24,769 nt of DNA from positions 1-24,769 of the IMG/VR virus record IMGVR_UViG_3300029171_000045; one strand, written 5' to 3'. Position numbers and translations under genes: made by a program. Positions 16,600 through 24,769 of the stretch are shown one piece after another. The stretch is from a virus (Duplodnaviria; Caudoviricetes). The notes below the pieces were generated by a model. That model did no database searches. It worked only from the letters and a program-made list of their open reading frames with translations, and had not been told where the DNA came from. Each line of letters begins with the position of its first letter. Positions within the stretch are counted from its first letter, which is position 1.

Positions 16600-17747
16600 A
16601 ACAGAGCTTCAATGACCGCCTTCTTTCCAATCCCCTGGCATTAGCTGGAATTGGGGTAATGAGTGGAAAAGACTTAGGTATAGCGCTTAATGAAGGCGCT
16701 GTTACCGCAAGGCAACATGAACAAGCGCAAGCGCAAAAAGCCCAATTTGAGCAGCAACAAAGGTTGCAGGCTAACATTGGCGATATCATGCAACGCATTG
16801 ATCCCAATGACTTGCAAGGAAGTTTTGCGGAATTGGTTCATGGAGGGATTCCTCCACAGCAGGCGCTTGGCTTGGTGGATAGTGTTCGTAAGCAGCAGGC
16901 GCAGACACAAAATCAGGAATTGCTTTCCGGATTATTAGGAGGCGGAGGCATGGATGGTGCCACGGCTGGAAATGGCATGGGCTTGATGGCAGCCGGGGCG
17001 CTTACAGGTAATACAGGACTTTCTACTTTAGGTTCTGCTATCAACCAACAGCAACAACAAAACCGTGCTTTTGGGGCAGGGCGTGAAGACCAGGCTTTTT
17101 CCCGTGCCAGCAAATTAAGTAATGATTTCCAACGGGATAGTGCGAAATACATTGCGACTAAGGACAGCTTCCAAAATATGCTAGATGCAGCTTCGGAACC
17201 CTCTGGTGCAGGTGACGTTAATATGGTCTATGGCTATATGAAGATGCTTGATCCCACGAGCGTAGTTAGGGAAGGAGAGGCAGCGACAGCAGAGAATGCT
17301 GGTGGTATTAGCGCTAAAGTCCGCAATTCGTACAATAAGATCATTTCTGGTGAGAAACTTAACCCGTCTGTGCGACAGGATTTTATTAAGCAAGCAAATA
17401 ATATCTACAATCAGCAAGCAAAATCCCATAAAACCCGCATCGCGCAATATAGCAAGCGGGCGGATTCCTTTGGTCTATCACCTGACATGGTTATTAGTGA
17501 CTTTGGCACGGTTACATTGCCAGGGCAAAAGGGCAATGGAACTATAGACAATACTATTGAAAACGTTCAAACGGGTACAAGTCTCCTACCTAAAGGTCAT
17601 AAAGGACAAAGTCTCTCAGAAATAGCGGCGGGGGATCAAGCACAAAGTTCACTTCCACCCGCACTGCAAAACGACCCCCGCGTATTGAAAGCCCGCCAGG
17701 CAGGCTACAGTGACGCCGAAATTATGCAATATATGCGAGGCCAGTAG
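16596..17747 (+). CDS. Putative DNA ejection protein 3
   Basis: Q/A-rich helical protein with AGD..MVY.YMKMLDPTSVVREGE motif, seen in podovirus internal proteins; ATGA-coupled. Confidence 0.7.
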   Translation: MKQSFNDRLLSNPLALAGIGVMSGKDLGIALNEGAVTARQHEQAQAQKAQFEQQQRLQANIGDIMQRIDPNDLQGSFAELVHGGIPPQQALGLVDSVRKQQAQTQNQELLSGLLGGGGMDGATAGNGMGLMAAGALTGNTGLSTLGSAINQQQQQNRAFGAGREDQAFSRASKLSNDFQRDSAKYIATKDSFQNMLDAASEPSGAGDVNMVYGYMKMLDPTSVVREGEAATAENAGGISAKVRNSYNKIISGEKLNPSVRQDFIKQANNIYNQQAKSHKTRIAQYSKRADSFGLSPDMVISDFGTVTLPGQKGNGTIDNTIENVQTGTSLLPKGHKGQSLSEIAAGDQAQSSLPPALQNDPRVLKARQAGYSDAEIMQYMRGQ

Positions 17748-19912
17748 TGAAACGTCCTTCCCTTGATGAAATATTTGCAGCCCCTTCAATGCCACTATCC
17801 GGTGGTATGGCGGCGCGTCCTTCATTGGATGCGATATTTTCTGAGCCGGTTAATGCATCATTGCCGCAAGAAAAGGGTAATTTTTGGGAAGGATATGGTA
17901 ATGCTTTCGCTAAACTAGGCGTTGGTGCGAAACAACGTGTTCTAGAAATCGCTCAAACGATGGGCAGTGATGCAGCGGTAGAAGAATTAAACAAGATCAA
18001 TGACCTTGCAAAAAAACTTGATATGCAGGGTGAAGGTAAGGGCTTTGGATATAAAGCCGGGGAATTTGCTGGGAATGTTGTTCCTGGTTTAGCTTTCCCT
18101 GCTGCTAGGACTATGGCAGGAGCCATAGGGGTAGCTGGTGCAACCGGCGCGGGGCAGGAATTCCTCCAATCTAATGATCCAGATGGAAGAACGGCAGGAG
18201 AGAATCTTACTAAAAAGGCATTGGATGCTGGGATTTCGGGTGCGTTTTCCGCCGCAACAGTTCCGGCTGTTAATTTGCTGGCACAAGGTGGTAGAACAGT
18301 TTTAAAGAAATTCTTGCCAGATAGCTTTACGCAATCCGCTACCGGAAATATCGAAGAAATTACACGAAAAGCAGCACAAGAATCTCCTGAATTGGCAGAA
18401 AAAATTTCCCAGGAATCGCCGGACGTAGTGCAAGCTTTTGCCAAGAATATGGATAGTGGCTTAACACCACAGCAAGCCTTACTAAAAGCAAAAGCAGATG
18501 AATATGGGGTGCGGACATCCCGTGGGGATATTACTGCCGATTTAACGCAGCAATCTAGGGAAGAGGCAGCCCTTAAAGGCATGATGGGGCAGGATACCCA
18601 GATGATTGCCCAGAGCTTCCGGGAAGGACAGGCGAACGACCTTCGCACTATGGCGACTAATGTTGGTAAGCGCGTGGGCGGTGGACAGGAATTGCCCGGG
18701 GATATGCAAGATGTGGCTGACCGCATTACTTCTTCTGTCACTAAAAAGGCTAAGGCTGAAATGGCCACAGCGCGGGAGGCCTATGATAATGCAGGCCTTA
18801 ATAAAGCCCGTGCCAATATTGAGGATGTGTATAACTACCGTCACTCCCTGCGTTCGGAGCTTAGCAAAGAGGGATTTGACAAAGACTTGACCCCCTCAGC
18901 ATATAATGTCTATTCCAAGCTTGATAAGTATTTGCAAGATTCCAGGAAGAAAGGTTTAAAGACCATTAATTTACAGCATGTTGAGGGATTCCGTAAGCTA
19001 ATGAACAAGGTGGGCAAGACTGCCCCACCAGCGGATGCGCGGATGCTTGGGATTATGAAAAATACCCTGGATACCACTTTAGATGATGCCTTAGAAAAAG
19101 GCCTTATCCAGGGCAACACGGAATCCATAGCTAACATCAAGAACGCCCGTGGCCTCTGGCACTCATATAAACAGCGCTATTATGGCAAGGATGGCAAGGC
19201 ATTTATCGGAAAAATCATTGACAACGATTACACCCCTGAAAAAACCATGCAACTGCTTATTGGCACCGGAAAAGCTGGTGGAAAAGCAGAAGCTGCAACC
19301 GCCATCAAGCAACTTCGCGGTGTATTAGGGGAGAACTCTGAGGAATTTAATGCCCTGCGCGGTGAAGTATTCAAGCGCTTGGTAGGACAAGACCTAGCTC
19401 TAATAGCCCCTGGTGACATTCCACAGGGCTTCAATGGTGTAAAGTTCCGCAATAATGTCAAAGAATTGGCAAAGACTAATAAGTCTTTGGTTCAAGAGTT
19501 GTATGGCAATGACACTTGGAAAGCCATTGAGGATGCGGCAGAGTTTGCAGGGCGCATTACCCACCGCAAAGATGGGGTGGTAAATTATTCTAATACAACG
19601 CCTACTTTAGTGCGCTTCCTTAATAGCACCGCCGCTAAATTTGGTCCTATTGGAAGGTATATTGCGGCACCTGTCGCTGGGACAGTCGAGAAAGTTACCC
19701 GCCAAGCGGAGAAAGCTTCTGCCCAACAAGCATTTTCTGAGCCAGTGCAGCAACAGAAAAACTTCTCCCAGGCGCTTGCCCAAAGAATAGGCATAGCTAC
19801 AGGCGGCGGCGTGTCTCAGGCTAGGCAGGCACTCGAAAAAAGTTCTAGGGAAGATGAGAAAAATCTTCAGGATAGCTTGAAGGGCATAAAAATTATCAAT
19901 CCCTATGAATAA
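17747..19912 (+). CDS. Putative large DNA ejection protein 4 (P22 gp16-like position)
   Basis: 721 aa, A/G/K-rich helical, no Cys, with a Gly/Ala hydrophobic stretch (GAIGVAGATGAG...GAFSAA); GTG start overlaps the upstream TAG. Confidence 0.7.
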   Translation: MKRPSLDEIFAAPSMPLSGGMAARPSLDAIFSEPVNASLPQEKGNFWEGYGNAFAKLGVGAKQRVLEIAQTMGSDAAVEELNKINDLAKKLDMQGEGKGFGYKAGEFAGNVVPGLAFPAARTMAGAIGVAGATGAGQEFLQSNDPDGRTAGENLTKKALDAGISGAFSAATVPAVNLLAQGGRTVLKKFLPDSFTQSATGNIEEITRKAAQESPELAEKISQESPDVVQAFAKNMDSGLTPQQALLKAKADEYGVRTSRGDITADLTQQSREEAALKGMMGQDTQMIAQSFREGQANDLRTMATNVGKRVGGGQELPGDMQDVADRITSSVTKKAKAEMATAREAYDNAGLNKARANIEDVYNYRHSLRSELSKEGFDKDLTPSAYNVYSKLDKYLQDSRKKGLKTINLQHVEGFRKLMNKVGKTAPPADARMLGIMKNTLDTTLDDALEKGLIQGNTESIANIKNARGLWHSYKQRYYGKDGKAFIGKIIDNDYTPEKTMQLLIGTGKAGGKAEAATAIKQLRGVLGENSEEFNALRGEVFKRLVGQDLALIAPGDIPQGFNGVKFRNNVKELAKTNKSLVQELYGNDTWKAIEDAAEFAGRITHRKDGVVNYSNTTPTLVRFLNSTAAKFGPIGRYIAAPVAGTVEKVTRQAEKASAQQAFSEPVQQQKNFSQALAQRIGIATGGGVSQARQALEKSSREDEKNLQDSLKGIKIINPYE

Positions 19913-19916
19913 CATT

Positions 19917-19959
19917 TTGAACAACATTCAATTAAGTATATAATCACCCAAAAAAGGAG
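19917..19959 (+). promoter_or_regulatory. Putative sigma70 promoter and ribosome-binding site
   Basis: TTGAAC (19917-19922), 16 nt, TATAAT (19939-19944), AGGAG (19955-19959), ATG at 19967. Confidence 0.6.
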
Positions 19960-19966
19960 AACTACC

Positions 19967-20467
19967 ATGTCAAGAACCCCCGCAGATGCTTCCCTTCAAA
20001 CAGTTATTCCAGCTAGCAATGATTTCATTACACTCATTGATTCAAGCGATGGCTTTAGTATAAAAAAAGCATCATTTCCTATGATATACACCACCGTTAC
20101 TGTGACGGCCGCGTTGCTTGATGGTGGCGGCAATGTGGCAGCCTTTACCGCAAGTGCTGGTGATCAAATAAAAGTTGAGGAAATCAAGCTAATTGGAGGC
20201 GGTACGAGTTTCGGTGCTGGTGGAGATAGAAATATTAGCCTCACAGATGGCACCACAACTTATACAACGATTGCCAATGCTGATATAGAAAGTGCCCCCG
20301 CTACTACGCTTCGCTGGGGTGATACCAAAGTGCCTTTCAGTGCAGGAAGTGCGGATACTGCTACAGTGGCATCCCAGAACCTGCGTTTTGCCTATTCTGG
20401 GGGAACAACAGACCATGGCGGGGTAGGTTCTATTAAATTCCGTGTGGGCTTTACAAAGGTAGCGTAA
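19967..20467 (+). CDS. Hypothetical beta-rich virion protein
   Basis: 166 aa, T/G/A/S-rich. The N-terminus PASNDFITLIDSSDG..IKK resembles fibre N-terminal motifs. Strong RBS. Confidence 0.6.
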   Translation: MSRTPADASLQTVIPASNDFITLIDSSDGFSIKKASFPMIYTTVTVTAALLDGGGNVAAFTASAGDQIKVEEIKLIGGGTSFGAGGDRNISLTDGTTTYTTIANADIESAPATTLRWGDTKVPFSAGSADTATVASQNLRFAYSGGTTDHGGVGSIKFRVGFTKVA

Positions 20468-20727
20468 TGCTGAAGGTTGCAACCTACGAACGGAACAATA
20501 GCGAAAAAGATAGGATCGAGGAAGTTACATACTTTCTTGATCCTTTGGATGGGTATTTTTACCATAAAGTAGCCTTTGACGGCGGGGAAGAAATGACAAA
20601 ACTTCCCCATGCATCCATGTTTGTGTACCCCAACGTTCCTCGGCCTGAATCGATGCTGACTGAACAGGCAAGAAAAATAACCCGCTGCGCTAAGCAATGG
20701 ATAAGCAATCAATTAATTAGGAGATAA
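20467..20727 (+). CDS. Hypothetical protein
   Basis: 86 aa ORF, TAATG-coupled upstream and ending 5 nt before the next ATG. Confidence 0.6.
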   Translation: MLKVATYERNNSEKDRIEEVTYFLDPLDGYFYHKVAFDGGEEMTKLPHASMFVYPNVPRPESMLTEQARKITRCAKQWISNQLIRR

Positions 20728-20732
20728 AATCC

Positions 20733-22508
20733 ATGGAAAAAGGTGCAACCCTTTATTTTAATCCCACGACGCCAGCAACGGTTGATGGTAATTATCCTGA
20801 TGATAATGGGCTGTTATGGCTTGGTGATTCAGCTTATCTAATTCTTGATGGAGTTTTTGGCACTGCAACTATTACAGTGCAATTGCGCTCTCCGGCAACG
20901 GGAGATTGGTATGATGTATCGGGATATACAACATCTGATGGTAATACTATCATAGTTGGATCTATACCTGCAAATGTCTTTATTAGAATCAACATTTCAA
21001 ATGCATCTGGAGCAACCTCAATCCGTGCAACGATTGCACCTCTTGAAGGGATAAGCGTTCCATCATCATCTGCTGGAGGCGGGGGAAGTTCGGTTATTAC
21101 GGAAGTTACGCCGGGAACATCTGCCACCAATCTAGGCAAGACTGAAGATGCTATACACGCATCGGGGGATGTTGGCGTTATGGCATTGGCAGTACGTAAT
21201 GATAGCGCCTCTACGACGCTTACTAGTGCAAATGGGGATTACAGCCCAGTTGCAGTAGACAATAAAGGACAGGTATTCATTTCTTCAGCAACATTAGCCC
21301 TCGAATCAGGCGGTAACTTAGCTGCGATTGCTGCCTCTGCCTCTGTTTTAGACGACTGGGATGAAAGTGACCGCGTCAAAACGAACCCCATTGTAGGCCA
21401 GGCTGGTGTGCAAGGAGGCAGCGGTACAGTTTCTGCGAATACACAACGTGTTGCACTCGCGACAGATGTTGCGCTACCCGCTGGCACGAATGAGATTGGC
21501 AAGTTAGCTGCAAATTCTGGTGTAGATATCGGGGATGTAGATGTCACGTCAATTATCCCAGGGACTGGTGCGACGAATTTAGGCAAAGCGGAAGATGACG
21601 TACATAACAGCGGTGATACCGGCGTTTTATTGCTTGGCGTTCGAGCGGATAGTAGCGTTGAATTCACAGATGCCGATGGGGATTATTCTCCAATTGCCAT
21701 CACGAACAAAGGATATGTTTATACATCGGCGGCTATTGCTTCGTCCGTTCCGCTGGATATCGTTTCTGTCATTCCTGGAACAGGTGCGACAAGCCTAGGC
21801 AAGACTGAAGATGCTATACACGCATCGGGGGATGTTGGCGTTATGGCATTGGCAGTGCGTAACAATGCCCATTCCACGACGCTTACTAGTGCAAATGGGG
21901 ATTACAGCCCCATAGCAGTCAGTGGAACAGGAGAGGTTTATACCCAAACTGAGATTACTTCAGTTATTCCCGGGACGGGGGCAACGAATCTCGCAAAAGC
22001 GGAAGATGCCGCCCATAGTAGCGGGGATACCGGCGTAGCTATTTGGGGCGTTAGAAATGATGCTAAAGCTACTACTTTTGGGGCGAATGGGGATTACACT
22101 CCTATTGCAACGAATTCTGCAGGATCCGTCTTTACAGAAACCACATTAATACCGGTAGCGTCTGGTGGTCTTTTGACACACCGGTTGATTTCGGCTGCAT
22201 CAACCAATGCTACCAGCGTTAAGGCAAGCGCTGGACAAGTTTACGGTGGATATATAAGCAACATCAATACAGCCGCCCGGTATTTGAAATTATATAACAA
22301 AGCTTCTGCTCCTACGGTTGGGACTGATACCCCCTTTATGACATTGTTGATTCCTGGTAATTCAGCAGGGGGGGGGGGTATATTCAGTTTCCCCCACGCC
22401 ATACCGATGGGCACTGGTATAGCATTTGCTATTACCACGGGTGCAACAGATGCAGACACTGGAGCAGTAGTTTCAGCAGAAGTTATTATTAATCTCTTCT
22501 ATCTCTAG
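20733..22508 (+). CDS. Repeat-containing fibre/spike-like virion protein
   Basis: 591 aa: N-terminal beta domain, four ~60 aa PGTGATNLGK.ED..H.SGD.GV....VR.D.......GDY.P.A repeats, and a C-terminal beta-sandwich (VKASAGQVYG..I.N......YLKLYNKASAPTVGTD). Confidence 0.7.
   Translation: MEKGATLYFNPTTPATVDGNYPDDNGLLWLGDSAYLILDGVFGTATITVQLRSPATGDWYDVSGYTTSDGNTIIVGSIPANVFIRINISNASGATSIRATIAPLEGISVPSSSAGGGGSSVITEVTPGTSATNLGKTEDAIHASGDVGVMALAVRNDSASTTLTSANGDYSPVAVDNKGQVFISSATLALESGGNLAAIAASASVLDDWDESDRVKTNPIVGQAGVQGGSGTVSANTQRVALATDVALPAGTNEIGKLAANSGVDIGDVDVTSIIPGTGATNLGKAEDDVHNSGDTGVLLLGVRADSSVEFTDADGDYSPIAITNKGYVYTSAAIASSVPLDIVSVIPGTGATSLGKTEDAIHASGDVGVMALAVRNNAHSTTLTSANGDYSPIAVSGTGEVYTQTEITSVIPGTGATNLAKAEDAAHSSGDTGVAIWGVRNDAKATTFGANGDYTPIATNSAGSVFTETTLIPVASGGLLTHRLISAASTNATSVKASAGQVYGGYISNINTAARYLKLYNKASAPTVGTDTPFMTLLIPGNSAGGGGIFSFPHAIPMGTGIAFAITTGATDADTGAVVSAEVIINLFYL
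21093..22133 (+). repeat. Four intragenic repeat units; units 1 and 3 near-identical in DNA
   Basis: Units at about 21093-21278, 21543-21723, 21759-21941 and 21954-22133. Identical blocks: 21132-21193 = 21795-21856 (62 nt) and 21213-21247 = 21876-21910 (35 nt). Confidence 0.92.
22368..22378 (+). repeat. G11 homopolymer in coding sequence
   Basis: GCA GGG GGG GGG GGT ATA; eleven consecutive G. Confidence 0.9.
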
Positions 22509-22519
22509 GGTCTAATAAT

Positions 22520-23413
22520 ATGCTAATGGGATTTTTTGGCACTGGTGGAAGTGTTCCAACTAACGGATTGATTGGCCGGTATGAAAGTGATCTAGGTGTC
22601 GCAAGAACATATAATTCTATCGCTCAAACTGCCACTGGCACTTCAGGTGCAAGTAGTTTTTTGATGAGTGCAGATAGATCATCCGATCTATTCCCTAACA
22701 TGCTTATCCGTCTTGCTGGTACTGATATTTATACAATTTCTACTGTTTCAGGAACAACGGTGAATATCGTAGGAACCCTTTCTACGAATTACGTAGCATC
22801 TGCCATTGCAGTGGAAGGTATTTCACAATGGAATGATCAAAGTGGCCTTGGAAATCATATTACGATGGGAACTGCTTCGAAGCAGCCCTGGTATATCCCA
22901 AACCATATTAATGCACATCCAGCCGTTTTATTTAGTGATAACAGCCATGAATTAACCGCACCTTCAGGATTATATTCATTGTTTGGAACTACGCCACTAA
23001 CGATATTTGCAAACATCTATTCTAATCAGCAAGATTATAGTTCGCGCATTTTTGTTGCAGCAGATGCGGGAGGAACCCGTGTGGCTTTCGGAACCACATC
23101 TACAAGTACGGGTGGTGTAACCTTTGGGCATGATAATGCTGGTGCCACTGTTGATAAAATAGTTACAAATACGCAGTGGGCAGTTTGGCGGGGGAGAAGA
23201 AATGGAACGACAATGGCTATTACACAAAATAATGCAGCTGAAGTTACATCATCTATTGCAGATGATTTAACGCTTGTGAGTGCTCGCGTTGGCAACAACA
23301 GCTTTGATGGAATGCTTCTAGATTTATTTATCTATAACCGCGCCCTTGATGCGAATGAAACTAATGCTGTGCAATCATATATGGCTGTAAGAAGCGGCGC
23401 AATTCTAAGCTAG
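22520..23413 (+). CDS. LamG/concanavalin A-like lectin domain protein 2, candidate receptor-binding protein
   Basis: NGLIGRYESD.GV, ISQWNDQSGLGNH......KQP......IN.HPAV.F, and FDG.......IYNRAL...E...V.SY. Confidence 0.78.
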   Translation: MLMGFFGTGGSVPTNGLIGRYESDLGVARTYNSIAQTATGTSGASSFLMSADRSSDLFPNMLIRLAGTDIYTISTVSGTTVNIVGTLSTNYVASAIAVEGISQWNDQSGLGNHITMGTASKQPWYIPNHINAHPAVLFSDNSHELTAPSGLYSLFGTTPLTIFANIYSNQQDYSSRIFVAADAGGTRVAFGTTSTSTGGVTFGHDNAGATVDKIVTNTQWAVWRGRRNGTTMAITQNNAAEVTSSIADDLTLVSARVGNNSFDGMLLDLFIYNRALDANETNAVQSYMAVRSGAILS

Positions 23414-23430
23414 GGAGAGGAGAATTTCCA

Positions 23431-23718
23431 ATGTACATGATCGGAACTATAGATGATTTTAACACATGGCATGAAATAGCCAAGGAAGGCGAGGGCATCC
23501 CTTCAGAAGGGCGCATAAGCTTTATTAATGGGGTTGCAGCACCAGATAGCCAGCGAACTATGGCTTATGTTGAGGCGGTCAAACATCCAGAAGAAGAAGT
23601 ATATGCATGGGAATGTATGGCTTATACCAATCCCGTTAATGATGAAACTATAAAAACCCTTATTGAGATTAAGGCTATGGGTTATAAAATAGATGAAGCA
23701 GAAGGGATTATCCCGTAA
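23431..23718 (+). CDS. Small acidic hypothetical protein
   Basis: 95 aa with GAGGAG RBS; follows the lectin gene, so possibly a fibre assembly partner. Confidence 0.6.
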   Translation: MYMIGTIDDFNTWHEIAKEGEGIPSEGRISFINGVAAPDSQRTMAYVEAVKHPEEEVYAWECMAYTNPVNDETIKTLIEIKAMGYKIDEAEGIIP

Positions 23719-23966
23719 TGACAGAAGAAAAGTTAGAAGCGCTAATCCACGCAACAATCAAAGAAGCCGTCAAAGAGACCTTATCAAGCCTTGGTATCAA
23801 CACGGAAAATATACATGAAACGCAACAAACTTTTCTTTTTCTCTATCGGATGCGTAAGGGCTCGGAAGATATTAGCAATGCGGTTCGCAAAACTGCGATA
23901 GGATTGGCTGTAAGTGGCTTTCTCTACTTGATTTGGGAAGCGTTTAAATTGGCGATGTCACGATGA
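23718..23966 (+). CDS. Single-TM membrane protein, holin-like
   Basis: 82 aa with a C-terminal hydrophobic helix AIGLAVSGFLYLIW; overlaps the endolysin start (ATGA). Confidence 0.6.
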   Translation: MTEEKLEALIHATIKEAVKETLSSLGINTENIHETQQTFLFLYRMRKGSEDISNAVRKTAIGLAVSGFLYLIWEAFKLAMSR

Positions 23967-24397
23967 ATATGCCACAGGATGCCATTGACCTCATTAAAAA
24001 ACATGAGGGCTTCCAGCCCCGCCCGTACCTTTGTCCAGCGGGATATAGAACCATTGGCTATGGGCATAGGATTTTACCTGGCGAAGTGTTTGACAGGATG
24101 ACCGGACGTGAGGCAGGAAGTATATTATTGTGGGACTTGCAGAAGACCTTTAAGGTTATAGATGAAGTAGTAAAAGTGCCATTGAATGACAATCAGCTTA
24201 GCGCATTATTAAGTTTCGTATATAATGTAGGCGGTTCAGCTTTTAAGGGTAGTACACTGTTAAAGAAGCTGAATGATAAAAAATATAAAGAGGCAGCCAA
24301 CCAGTTATTGCGCTGGGTGTATGCCAACCAGAAAGAACTACCTGGCCTAGTGAACCGCCGGATGGAAGAACGGACATTGTTTTTAACTGAAGTGTAG
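23963..24397 (+). CDS. Endolysin, GH24 lysozyme
   Basis: IKKHEG....PYLCPAG..TIGYGH (catalytic E-x8-C-x5-T), LNDNQ..AL.SFVYNVG...F..STLLKKLN, W.......LPGLVNRR.EER.LF; no SAR or signal sequence. Confidence 0.95.
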   Translation: MNMPQDAIDLIKKHEGFQPRPYLCPAGYRTIGYGHRILPGEVFDRMTGREAGSILLWDLQKTFKVIDEVVKVPLNDNQLSALLSFVYNVGGSAFKGSTLLKKLNDKKYKEAANQLLRWVYANQKELPGLVNRRMEERTLFLTEV

Positions 24398-24408
24398 GGA
24401 TTTGATTT

Positions 24409-24603
24409 ATGAAAGGATATAGAACTTTAGCCCTTAATGTATTGGGTGTTATTTTGCCAGTTCTGCAAGCTGTTGATATTACGGCATTTAGTCCAACCGC
24501 AATGGCGGGCTACGGCATTATACTATGCAGTGCAAACATCCTAATGCGCTTACTTACTACCACCCCGGTGGGTGGCGGGGTTACTATAGGCATGCGGCCT
24601 TAG
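24409..24603 (+). CDS. Two-TM holin-like protein
   Basis: 64 aa MKGYRT..., two hydrophobic helices, ending NILMRLLTTTPVG; directly after the endolysin. Confidence 0.65.
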   Translation: MKGYRTLALNVLGVILPVLQAVDITAFSPTAMAGYGIILCSANILMRLLTTTPVGGGVTIGMRP

Positions 24604-24639
24604 TAAAATATCGCATCTGCCAAGATGCAGAAGGAGTTC

Positions 24640-24668
24640 GGGGGTTCGCTACGGCGAGCCTTTGCTTT
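24640..24668 (+). terminator. Intrinsic terminator with cUACGg tetraloop
   Basis: GGGGGTTCGC-TACG-GCGAGCCTTT followed by GCTTT, after the last lysis gene. Confidence 0.72.
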
Positions 24669-24752
24669 ATCCTAAGCCGCCATAAGAAATATAAGCCATT
24701 AAAGATGTTTACCTTTATAGGCTTGCTGAAAGATCGCATAATTTGCGTTATA

Positions 24753-24769
24753 GATCGTGACTGGGAAAC
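24753..24769 (-). other. Random-amplification primer remnant (Round A/B / SISPA primer B), a technical artifact
   Basis: The reverse complement of the last 17 nt is GTTTCCCAGTCACGATC, and it ends exactly at the contig end. Confidence 0.9.

Noticed and set aside
17953-18768. 271 aa antisense ORF and the other minus-strand ORFs in the track
   Set aside because: They are shadows of long + strand genes, with no recognisable motifs and compositions typical of reverse-frame translation.
21132-21910. Near-identical repeat pair as a diversity-generating retroelement TR/VR
   Set aside because: Mismatches are not confined to adenines, both copies are in-frame parts of one CDS, and no reverse transcriptase is present in the window.
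22-24603. Stop-codon reassignment, since 12 of 32 called genes end in TAG
   Set aside because: Terminase, portal, capsid and lysozyme are full length under code 11, and at the TAG junctions checked the next gene starts in a different frame.
24669-24752. 3' end of a convergent minus-strand gene
   Set aside because: More than one short open frame fits and the sequence is cut by the primer, so no gene can be supported.

Overview
A 24.8 kb fragment of a tailed dsDNA phage or prophage, with podovirus-type gene order and about 32 closely packed genes, all on the + strand. It opens with a VRR-NUC nuclease, a DUF1376/YdaU-type replication protein and small accessory genes. These are followed by ParB-N, TerS, TerL, a P22-like portal, scaffold and the major capsid protein (N4-gp56/DUF4043-like). 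Next come two paralogous decoration genes, an adaptor, a short fibre with a LamG lectin, a nozzle, a possible needle and four ejection proteins. A separately promoted accessory fibre/lectin block and a lysis cassette (holin-like, GH24 lysozyme, holin-like) with a terminator close the window. No integrase, repressor, tRNA, CRISPR array or reverse transcriptase is visible. The most unusual element is the ~190 nt gap between scaffold and capsid. It holds a promoter overlapped by an 11 bp palindrome, three evenly spaced hairpins that each display a CGAUA loop, and a long hairpin just before the capsid start, making it a candidate undescribed structured RNA or regulatory system. The last 17 nt match a random-amplification (Round A/B, SISPA) primer and are an artifact. 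Protein family calls come from motif recognition and gene order, not from database searches.
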